Virus record (IMG/VR): IMGVR_UViG_2681813267_000006
Span: 1 to 4,976 of that record
Reading direction: 5' to 3' (one strand)
DNA: 4,976 nucleotides
From: a virus
Taxonomy: Duplodnaviria > Heunggongvirae > Uroviricota > Caudoviricetes
Under the pieces are notes generated by a model. It saw nothing but the letters and a program-made list of their open reading frames with translations. It did no database searches and was not told where the DNA came from. A program made the position numbers and the translations under genes. Positions 1-4,976 of this stretch are shown here, in pieces; the first letter of the stretch is position 1; every line of letters starts with the position of its first letter.

Positions 1-78
1 TAAAAAAAGAACAAATGGTAGTGTCCGCTATTGCCAGTACACCTCAAACAGATGTCTGGAAATATAGGGGCAAATCCA
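1..78 (+). mobile_element. Right terminus of an IS2-family (IS3 family) insertion sequence; the element body lies left of the window
   Basis: The sequence ending at 78 (ACAGATGTCTGGAAATATAGGGGCAAATCCA) matches the IS2 right inverted-repeat terminus as I remember it (outer ~32 bp). Further inward the sequence differs from my memory of IS2, so this is probably a relative rather than IS2 itself. The junction sits inside a holin reading frame. Confidence 0.6.
2..67 (+). CDS. C-terminal end of an IS transposase (OrfB-like), 5'-partial; runs in from the left edge
   Basis: The open frame from the window edge translates ...[12 protein letters not shown] and stops at TAG 65-67. The NRCLEI-stop ending matches the IS2 OrfB C-terminus as remembered. 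The stop lies inside the terminal inverted repeat, as is usual for IS3-family elements. Confidence 0.5.
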   Translation, partial: KKRTNGSVRYCQYTSNRCLEI

Positions 79-222
79 CTTACGCTTATGACTTCCCAGC
101 ACACCAATCGCAGCCCACTGTGATGGACTGACCTGATCCAACCACTGCAAAAACCAGTAGCCGGCACTGCCGGCGGAGGTGCCGTAGGCAATGCCTGTTG
201 ATATTTTTTCCATCTGATACAT
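79..222 (-). pseudogene. S21-type pinholin (class II holin), 3'-truncated by the IS insertion
   Basis: Minus-strand ORF 28..222 begins [44 protein letters not shown], near-identical to the N-terminal ~44 residues of phage 21 S (dual-start motif, TMD1). After codon Ser (91-93) the frame gives [20 protein letters not shown], which has no similarity to S21 TMD2, and no alternative frame restores it. The break coincides with the IS terminus at 78. A G-rich SD-like stretch (GGGGGGCGGG) precedes the ATG at 220-222. Confidence 0.7.
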
Positions 223-252
223 ATCCCGCCCCCCGACAGACCTGTGCTATCG

Positions 253-288
253 GAAAGAAAAAAGGCCATCAGCAAAACTCTGATGGCC
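253..288 (-). terminator. Rho-independent terminator on the minus strand (tR'-like), just upstream of the holin
   Basis: Minus-strand hairpin GGCCATCAG-agttttg-CTGATGGCC (plus 264-288) followed by TTTTTTCTTTCC (plus 253-263). Confidence 0.6.
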
Positions 289-333
289 TGAATCACCTTT
301 ACCAATATTGTATGAAAAAACACGCACGACTAA

Positions 334-362
334 TTGACAATAATTTTCATTTCCATTAAAAA
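334..362 (+). promoter_or_regulatory. Candidate sigma70 promoter on the plus strand, antisense to the phage late transcript
   Basis: Perfect -35 TTGACA (334-339), 17-bp spacer, -10 TAAAAA (357-362, 4/6 to consensus). It lies about 35 bp upstream of a hairpin plus U-run on the same strand. Confidence 0.3.
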
Positions 363-397
363 AGATCGCGTAGCATTCTTAATTCATGAGGAACTTT

Positions 398-463
398 ACC
401 CGCCAGCAATCTGAGTAGCGAAAGCTGTTCATCCCCAATGTTTTTGCTGGCGGGTCCTTTTTT
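398..463 (+). terminator. Terminator-like structure on the plus strand: 12-bp stem, large structured loop, U-run
   Basis: ACCCGCCAGCAA (398-409) pairs with TTGCTGGCGGGT (444-455); the 34-nt loop contains an AGC-GAAA-GCT mini-hairpin; followed by CCTTTTTTC (456-464). The same inverted repeat would also fold in the minus-strand late transcript, but without a U-run. Confidence 0.35.
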
Positions 464-854
464 CTACGGTCCTCCTCCCCGGAGGGGGGCATTTCATTAT
501 TTTTCTAATCGTTACTGGTGAGAAGGCGGAAGAAAAAGCCAGTTCTTCGCCCCTAAATAACAGCATGATTCCAGTCCATGCAAAATCTGATTTCCAGCTC
601 ACACATACCGAGCGCTGTACAAAAAACCGCCAGCCAAGGCAGTTAAGAGTGTGTTCCCGGGGTTTGCTTAGAATATTTTGTAAGTTGTCCGAAGAGATAT
701 TTACAACACCAGAATGATGAATCATCAGTCCCCTGCCAGAGGTTCACTACGTAACCTGACCGACAATGCACCATTCTGGTGCTGAAAAAAGAGCACTGGA
801 ACTGCAACAAAACAACATCACAGAACAGGAGATGGTAAGGAGTCAGACATTCCC

Positions 855-868
855 ACACAATATTGTGT
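855..868. repeat. Perfect 14-bp palindrome ACACAATATTGTGT, candidate dimeric protein-binding site
   Basis: The sequence is its own reverse complement with no central spacer; it sits 35-48 bp downstream of the 3' end of the tRNA array. No U-run follows, so it is not a terminator. Confidence 0.4.
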
Positions 869-902
869 CAGTGCAAATAACAACCTTCGTCTCAAATCTC
901 GC

Positions 903-977
<75 letters not shown>

Positions 978-980
978 ATA

Positions 981-1056
<76 letters not shown>

Positions 1057-1058
1057 GC

Positions 1059-1135
1059 TGGCCCACCACCGAGGACTCGAACCTCGCACCGTCAACTTAG
1101 AAGGTTGATGCTCTATCCGGATGAGCTAGTGGTGG
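1059..1135 (-). tRNA. tRNA-Arg (anticodon UCU), phage-type
   Basis: Reverse complement CCACCACTAGCTCATCCGGATAGAGCATCAACCTTCTAAGTTGACGGTGCGAGGTTCGAGTCCTCGGTGGTGGGCCA; fully paired acceptor stem beginning with an unusual C1:G72, U8, A14, A20 and C35 (Arg identity elements), anticodon loop CTTCTAA, T-loop TTCGAGT, discriminator G73, encoded CCA. Confidence 0.8.
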
Positions 1136-1136
1136 T

Positions 1137-1213
1137 TGGTGGCCCTTGCTGGACTTGAACCAGCGACCTGGCGATTATGAGTCGCTCGCTCTGACCAACT
1201 GAGCTAAAGGGCC
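1137..1213 (-). tRNA. tRNA with CAU anticodon: Ile2 (lysidine, ileX/ileZ-like) or elongator Met
   Basis: Reverse complement GGCCCTTTAGCTCAGTTGGTCAGAGCGAGCGACTCATAATCGCCAGGTCGCTGGTTCAAGTCCAGCAAGGGCCACCA; the anticodon arm (GCGACTCATAATCGC) resembles E. coli ileX-type tRNA-Ile2 as remembered. Ile versus Met cannot be decided from sequence alone. Confidence 0.85.
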
Positions 1214-1222
1214 GGAGGCAGA

Positions 1223-1251
1223 ATAATAACCATATGTCATCACATCTGCAA
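1223..1251 (-). promoter_or_regulatory. Candidate promoter for the tRNA array
   Basis: Minus strand reads TTGCAG (plus 1246-1251), 17-bp spacer, TATTAT (plus 1223-1228, 5/6 to consensus), then 9 nt to the 5' end of the first tRNA. Confidence 0.35.
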
Positions 1252-1299
1252 ACTCATCTGACCACCAGCACGTTTAACGTCCTGTGCCGTTTTTCAGGT

Positions 1300-1324
1300 A
1301 TAAAAAAACCCGCATAAAGCGGGC
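1300..1324 (-). terminator. Short intrinsic terminator about 75 nt downstream of the Q-position gene
   Basis: Minus strand CCCGC-tttat-GCGGG followed by TTTTTTTA (plus A-run 1301-1308). Its position between the Q-like gene and the downstream tRNAs and lysis gene fits an early terminator of a short pR'-type transcript. Confidence 0.5.
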
Positions 1325-1402
1325 TCTTTCAAATGTCCATGTCTGCTATTCGCCTCGCGGTACAGCTTTGCGAAGCGTACAAGAATTGAAGCAGTTTTTA
1401 CG

Positions 1403-1957
1403 TCAAAAAGCAATAACTTTTTTCTCTATACCAAAAGCCATAACCATTGGTTTGTACAAAATAAATTCTGCCACCTTTAGCCAATGCTCAATGCGTCTTT
1501 CACAGGTTCTTAAACTCCATTTCGGGTGTGCATCATTCAGCAGTTCAGCCATTTTGCGTTTGGTCATCCCCCGCCCCTCATACCGTTGCCGAAGGACGCT
1601 AATCAATCCTGGATGCTCTGCCAGCACCTCACTTATGACCCGATCAATACATAACGCCTCTGCATCAGTACAATGCGCCAGCCAGCTCTTTTGCTTACCG
1701 TTAATCATATCCCGCAAAAAAGCCTCAAGTTCAGACTTGTTCAGACCTGCTTTTTTCATCCTCCGGAGCGCCTCGTTAATTGCCGTTTTTGTCAGCTTTT
1801 TAGAGGTCAACATCAGGTTAAACATATTCCCCGTCTTACCGCCACCAATATACGACCAGCGCCCCCACATACGTAGTTTTCCCTGAATCCAGACACTTTC
1901 CAGCGTGGTGAGACGAAGGTGTTCTCCGCTTTTTCCTGTATTCGTTGGGTAAATCAT
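1403..1957 (-). CDS. 185-aa protein in the late-antiterminator (Q) position; family not recognised
   Basis: ORF MIYPTNTGKSGEHLRL...EKKVIAF. The ATG at 1955-1957 is preceded by GGAGG at 7-nt spacing and overlaps the upstream stop (ATGA). The longer ORF from 2077 would overlap the upstream gene by ~120 nt and was not used. The Q call is positional only (last gene before a terminator, tRNAs and holin); the protein has only 3 Cys and no CxxC pairs, so it is not a lambda/82-type zinc-finger Q. Confidence 0.75.
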   Translation of the reverse strand: MIYPTNTGKSGEHLRLTTLESVWIQGKLRMWGRWSYIGGGKTGNMFNLMLTSKKLTKTAINEALRRMKKAGLNKSELEAFLRDMINGKQKSWLAHCTDAEALCIDRVISEVLAEHPGLISVLRQRYEGRGMTKRKMAELLNDAHPKWSLRTCERRIEHWLKVAEFILYKPMVMAFGIEKKVIAF

Positions 1958-2244
1958 AAATATCCCTCCTTTCTCCAGATTTCTTGTGTGCGAAAAACAC
2001 CTTCTGCATGCATCAGGCGTAATTCTTCTTTGGTGTAATCGCTGGTTTTTACCCGCCCGTCGATTAAATCGTGGCACGAGCTACAGGCAATCGCTGCCTG
2101 CATATCGTGTGGCTTTATCGCTGTTCCGCACGTTCCCGCCAGTCGGTAATGCGCCAGCACAGACGTTTCCGGATCGTGATTGCAGTAGCCAGGAATTCTG
2201 ACGGTGCACATCTGCCCCCGCGCCGCTTTACGTAAATCCACCAT
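1954..2244 (-). CDS. ybcO: YbcO-like DUF1364 phage protein (putative zinc-binding nuclease of the Nin region)
   Basis: 96-aa ORF MVDLRKAARGQMCTVRIPGYCNHDPETSVLAHYRL... with four conserved Cys, resembling DLP12 YbcO as remembered. Its start overlaps the upstream stop (TAATG) and its stop overlaps the downstream start (ATGA). Confidence 0.8.
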   Translation of the reverse strand: MVDLRKAARGQMCTVRIPGYCNHDPETSVLAHYRLAGTCGTAIKPHDMQAAIACSSCHDLIDGRVKTSDYTKEELRLMHAEGVFRTQEIWRKEGYL

Positions 2245-2843
2245 TACGCAAACTCCAGCAGCTGCGCGGCCACATTTTCGACTTGTTCCGGAGAGGAAAA
2301 TTTACGGAACAGAATCCAGTTCCACAGCACATTCAGAACAGATTTATAAACCTGCTGAAACTCGGTTTCGTCCATATTCGCAAAAGCGATGGATTTTGCC
2401 CGACGCCCGCGGCTACCGTCCGGATAAAAATGTTCGGTGTAAAATCCAGCCTGAATGGTTACCCACTCGCGAAAAGCCTCAAACGACTTTAGCAATGCCG
2501 TATCCCGGGTTCTGCGTGTCGCAACTGTATTCAGATATTGCTCTGCGGCTTCGCTCAGAGCTGGCGTATGTTCCCGACCTACTGATTCGCACAGGTAATC
2601 AACGAAACCAGACAGCAGTTCTCGTTCGCGAGGCGTGATCGCCCCACCGACCGGAGTCCAGTAATCGAAACCCAGTTGCAGGAGTTTGAAAAAACGCTTG
2701 TGGAATGCGTAGTTACACACACGCTTAAAGTCTGCGTGTATCCACTCACCTATTTTGATTTGATGCAGAAAATCGCAACTCTCCGGCGTCGCCGGGAGAA
2801 GTAATCCGGAAGAGGTTTGTTTGACCAGTTGTATATGTGCCAT
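2244..2843 (-). CDS. Conserved lambdoid Nin-region protein (~199 aa), possibly YbcN-like; function unknown
   Basis: ORF from ATG 2841-2843 (MAHIQLVKQTSSGLLLPATPE...AAQLLEFA), with GGAG about 10 nt upstream. The longer ORF from 2885 has no ribosome-binding site. It is translationally coupled to the ybcO-like gene. The family assignment is tentative and from memory only. Confidence 0.75.
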   Translation of the reverse strand: MAHIQLVKQTSSGLLLPATPESCDFLHQIKIGEWIHADFKRVCNYAFHKRFFKLLQLGFDYWTPVGGAITPRERELLSGFVDYLCESVGREHTPALSEAAEQYLNTVATRRTRDTALLKSFEAFREWVTIQAGFYTEHFYPDGSRGRRAKSIAFANMDETEFQQVYKSVLNVLWNWILFRKFSSPEQVENVAAQLLEFA

Positions 2844-2881
2844 CGGCTTTCTCCGGTGGCACGGTGTTACACAGCAGGAGT

Positions 2882-3169
2882 TCAATCCTGCTCAAGATTG
2901 TAGATGAGTTTATTCTTCAGCAAAAGCAGAAAACCAGCCTTAAAACCAATCTCTTTCAAAACCCGTAATGATGTGACAAATTCGTCCTCACGCAAAATAA
3001 AACCGTCCGTCAGAAGTCCATTACAAAAATAAAATAACACAGCACCGCTCTTCCTTTGTTGAGATTGCAAACATCTAATGCGGCAATGGCTGACAATCGC
3101 TCCATTCTCAACGCGCACAGCATAGAGGCCATTTTCACTAAAAATTTCACGCAATTCTTCGATTTTCAT
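2882..3169 (-). CDS. Hypothetical 95-aa protein
   Basis: ORF MKIEELREIFSENGLYAVRVENGAIVSHCRIRCLQ...; GGAAGGA about 8 nt upstream of the ATG at 3167-3169; own promoter-like element upstream; lies just downstream of the hok terminator. No recognisable family. Confidence 0.55.
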   Translation of the reverse strand: MKIEELREIFSENGLYAVRVENGAIVSHCRIRCLQSQQRKSGAVLFYFCNGLLTDGFILREDEFVTSLRVLKEIGFKAGFLLLLKNKLIYNLEQD

Positions 3170-3250
3170 CTTCAGAATCCTTCCAGATAAATAGCTCTCC
3201 CCTGTTCGGGGTCCATCCCTCTTCTCCCTGCGCGCTACTTAAGTGAGTCG

Positions 3251-3278
3251 ATTCTATCTGCGAAGGTGCGCGAATCAA
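3251..3278 (-). promoter_or_regulatory. Candidate promoter for the 95-aa ORF
   Basis: Minus strand TTGATT (plus 3273-3278), 16-bp spacer, TAGAAT (plus 3251-3256). These are the same hexamers as the predicted hok promoter. Confidence 0.4.
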
Positions 3279-3287
3279 ATTCACCGG

Positions 3288-3343
3288 AAATAAACAACAA
3301 AAAACCCGCCGAAACGCTGAGAGATCACAGCGATGGGCGGGTT
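3288..3343 (-). terminator. Rho-independent terminator ending the hok transcript
   Basis: Minus strand AACCCGCC ... GGCGGGTT with an internal CGCTG/CAGCG sub-stem, followed by TTTTTTGTTGTTT (plus A-run 3290-3304). Confidence 0.6.
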
Positions 3344-3418
3344 AAGTGCGGGTGCGTTGAGGATGCCTGACACATCAGAGGTGGGCGGGGATGGGATCAG
3401 CTCCCCGCCCGGTCACTC

Positions 3419-3574
3419 TTACTTCCTGGATTCGTAGTCTACGAAGACAGCGACCTCCGTCTGGCCGGTTCGGATTCGTACCTCACAGAGGTCTTTCCTC
3501 GTTACCAGTGCCGTCACTATGACGGTTAAACAGATGACGATCAGGGCGATTAACATCGCCTTTTGCTGCTTCAT
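3419..3574 (-). CDS. hok: Hok/Gef-family type I toxin (51 aa)
   Basis: MKQQKAMLIALIVICLTVIVTALVTRKDLCEVRIRTGQTEVAVFVDYESRK: single transmembrane helix plus conserved C-terminal motif, nearly identical to HokD/HokC as remembered except at the extreme C-terminus. AAGGAG lies about 9 nt upstream of the ATG. Confidence 0.9.
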   Translation of the reverse strand: MKQQKAMLIALIVICLTVIVTALVTRKDLCEVRIRTGQTEVAVFVDYESRK

Positions 3575-3631
3575 AGCCTGCTTCTCCTTGCCTTTCGGCA
3601 TGTAAGAGGCTAACCTACATGTGCAAAGCAT
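3419..3631 (-). CDS. mok: mok-like overlapping reading frame (in-frame N-terminal extension of hok, 70 aa)
   Basis: The in-frame upstream ATG at 3629-3631 gives MLCTCRLASYMPKGKEKQA + Hok, the same arrangement as MokC/HokC. Confidence 0.55.
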   Translation of the reverse strand: MLCTCRLASYMPKGKEKQAMKQQKAMLIALIVICLTVIVTALVTRKDLCEVRIRTGQTEVAVFVDYESRK

Positions 3632-3685
3632 GAAATTGGCCTCAGATTAATGTTAAGCGTCTTGCCGGACGCGTAATGTTAACTG
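3623..3685 (+). ncRNA. sok: Predicted Sok-type antisense RNA (coordinates approximate)
   Basis: Expected from hok/sok architecture. Candidate plus-strand promoter TTGCCT (3588-3593), 17-bp spacer, TAACCT (3611-3616); hairpin GCGTC-ttgccg-GACGC (3657-3672) followed by GTAATGTT. The transcript would be complementary to the mok start region. The promoter match is weak. Confidence 0.25.
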
Positions 3686-3750
3686 GGGCTTTTCTCTATC
3701 TGCCTTTTGGTGTTCATGCCTGAAGCAGATAGCCTCAAGCACCCGCAGTC

Positions 3751-3780
3751 ATTCTACTTACCTCGCCAATATGAAATCAA
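3751..3780 (-). promoter_or_regulatory. Candidate hok/mok promoter
   Basis: Minus strand TTGATT (plus 3775-3780), 18-bp spacer, TAGAAT (plus 3751-3756). The predicted transcript 5' end near 3745 carries UGCGGGUGC, which is complementary to GCACCCGCA (plus 3347-3355) just upstream of the terminator, resembling the 5'/3' pairing of hok mRNAs. Confidence 0.35.
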
Positions 3781-3801
3781 TCAGAAAGGTGCCCCATAAA
3801 A

Positions 3802-4488
3802 TCACTCCTTCTCTTCTTTACCGTAGTGGAGTTGACCAATTTTGATAAGAGGGCGTCCCTGAGATTTGCGGTGTAGATTGGTATCGCGCAGAGAATACAC
3901 ACAGCCACAATATTCCTGCTGATAGAATTTTTCGCGCTTGCTGATTTCAATCATACGGGACGAGCCGCCCTGCTTGCGCCAGTTATAATCCCAGTACACC
4001 ATGCCCGGATAATGCGCGACGGCTCGCCGCCCACAGTCGTTAACCTGCTGCATATTTTTCCAGCGTGAAATGCCCAGTGAACTGCTGATCACACTGAAAC
4101 CATTTTCAGCGGCGTACAGCGCTGTCCGCTCAAAACGCATGTCAAAACACATGGTGCAACGGATCCCTCGTTCGGGCTCCCATTCCATTCCTTTGGCTCG
4201 TTCAAACCAGTTGTCTGTGTCGTAATCAGCATCAATAAACGGCACGCCGTGTTGTTCAGCAAAGCGAATATTCTCATCCTTACGAATTAAATACTCTTTC
4301 TGAGGATGAATGTTCGGGTTGTAGAAAAAGATGGTGTAGTCGATTCCCGAGGCCTGAAGCGCCTCCATCACCTCACCGGAACATGGAGCACAGCAAGAGT
4401 GCAGTAGTAGTTTGTTTGCCCCGTTTGGGAGCTCCAATTTGGGCCGTTTGAAATCAGCAACTGTCATAAATATGTTTATTGGGGTCAT
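3802..4488 (-). CDS. queH: QueH-type epoxyqueuosine reductase homologue (DUF208 family), 228 aa
   Basis: ORF contains the family hallmarks [18 protein letters not shown], RCxMCFxMR and YCGCVYS. The start is uncertain: ATG 4486-4488 or ATG 4465-4467, neither with a strong SD. Confidence 0.8.
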   Translation of the reverse strand: MTPINIFMTVADFKRPKLELPNGANKLLLHSCCAPCSGEVMEALQASGIDYTIFFYNPNIHPQKEYLIRKDENIRFAEQHGVPFIDADYDTDNWFERAKGMEWEPERGIRCTMCFDMRFERTALYAAENGFSVISSSLGISRWKNMQQVNDCGRRAVAHYPGMVYWDYNWRKQGGSSRMIEISKREKFYQQEYCGCVYSLRDTNLHRKSQGRPLIKIGQLHYGKEEKE

Positions 4489-4635
4489 AAAAATATCAAA
4501 GAGTGTAGCATTAGAACGGGGCTATCGGAAACAGATGTGTGACTGCTCCCCGCCCTTTCGGGTGGTCTCCTGATGATTTGAGGGTGCAGAAATCCCTCCG
4601 GTTAAGGATTAAATTTTTAACAGTGCTAAATTTAA

Positions 4636-4976
4636 TTATTCAGTTCTGGATTTTGTCGCCCTGCGTATCCGCGCTTTCGCGTTACGCTCAATCTGTATCA
4701 GCTTTTCTATATTTCTCCGCCTTTCCTGTTCCTCCTGGCGCAATAGCCTTACATCATCTGCCAGTCTGGTTTCTCTTTTTGCCACAGAGAGCATCCAGTC
4801 AAACGGCTCCACAACCGCACCGCAGATTTTACAGCGGACCTGACGCTCTTTTTCGTCAACCCGGACAGAGGCGTGATGGCAATATGGTCTTTCCGATGGT
4901 TCATAAAGAAAATTAACCTGATTACGTGGGTCATCCTCTTTTACCGGAAATAAAACGATATTGCTTAACTCATCTT
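4636..4976 (-). CDS. 3' end of an unidentified protein (5'-partial; start lies right of the window)
   Basis: The minus-strand frame is open for 112 codons from the window edge to TAA (4636-4638): DELSNIVLFPVKEDDPRNQVNFLYEPSERPYCHHASVRVDEKERQVRCKICGAVVEPFDWMLSVAKRETRLADDVRLLRQEEQERRRNIEKLIQIERNAKARIRRATKSRTE. Protein-like composition with a C-HH...C-x2-C motif and a basic, probably helical tail. The provided ORF track omits it because it has no in-window start. Confidence 0.55.
   Translation of the reverse strand, partial: DELSNIVLFPVKEDDPRNQVNFLYEPSERPYCHHASVRVDEKERQVRCKICGAVVEPFDWMLSVAKRETRLADDVRLLRQEEQERRRNIEKLIQIERNAKARIRRATKSRTE

Noticed and set aside
429-858. Minus-strand ORFs 429..725 (98 aa) and 643..858 (71 aa)
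   Set aside because: No Shine-Dalgarno sequence, Trp/Cys-rich implausible composition, mutually overlapping, and they span the large hairpin; treated as noncoding.
300-900. Shiga-toxin or other cargo operon in the Q-to-S interval
   Set aside because: No ORF of adequate length with a ribosome-binding site on either strand; nothing resembling stxA or stxB.
1330-1420. A pR'-type late promoter directly downstream of the Q-position gene
   Set aside because: Only weak hexamer matches (e.g. TTGCTT...TTCAAT) were found; not reported as a feature.
1284-1886. 200-aa plus-strand ORF, with nested 1673..1876
   Set aside because: Antisense shadow of the Q-position gene; low-complexity S/R/L-rich translation, no ribosome-binding site, and it overlaps a well-supported minus-strand CDS.
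1403-2077. Longer 224-aa version of the Q-position ORF
   Set aside because: It would overlap the upstream DUF1364 gene by ~120 nt; the internal ATG at 1955-1957 has a GGAGG SD and a coupled ATGA overlap, so the shorter start was chosen.
1986-2638. Plus-strand ORFs 1986..2201, 2204..2638 and 2283..2492
   Set aside because: They lie antisense to the coupled ybcO-like and ybcN-like genes, and their translations are not protein-like.
4089-4277. Minus-strand 62-aa ORF inside the QueH gene
   Set aside because: Alternative frame nested within the motif-supported QueH reading frame.
4539-4916. Plus-strand 125-aa ORF, and minus-strand 4749..4934
   Set aside because: Pro/Ser/Phe-rich non-protein-like translation starting inside hairpin-rich intergenic DNA; the open minus-strand frame running to the window edge is the better candidate, and 4749..4934 is out of frame with it.

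Overview
This window reads as the NinR-to-Q-to-lysis end of a lambdoid prophage in an Escherichia/Shigella-type genome. Every credible phage gene is on the minus strand, so phage transcription runs right to left. From right to left: the 3' end of an unidentified Cys/His-containing protein (4636-4976); a QueH-type (DUF208) epoxyqueuosine reductase homologue (3802-4488); a hok/mok type I toxin locus with a predicted sok antisense RNA and its terminator (3288-3780); a 95-aa ORF with its own promoter (2882-3169); three translationally coupled genes, namely a ~199-aa Nin-region protein, a YbcO/DUF1364-like protein and a 185-aa protein in the antiterminator-Q position (1403-2843); a short intrinsic terminator; a tightly packed four-tRNA array (CAU, UCU, UGU, UCC anticodons; 903-1213); about 600 bp with no credible ORF (300-900); a second terminator; and an S21-type pinholin gene whose 3' third is replaced by the end of an IS2-family insertion sequence (1-222). 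The prophage therefore looks lysis-defective but keeps tRNA, tRNA-modification and toxin cargo. All family assignments come from reading motifs and from memory of reference sequences; no database search was run.
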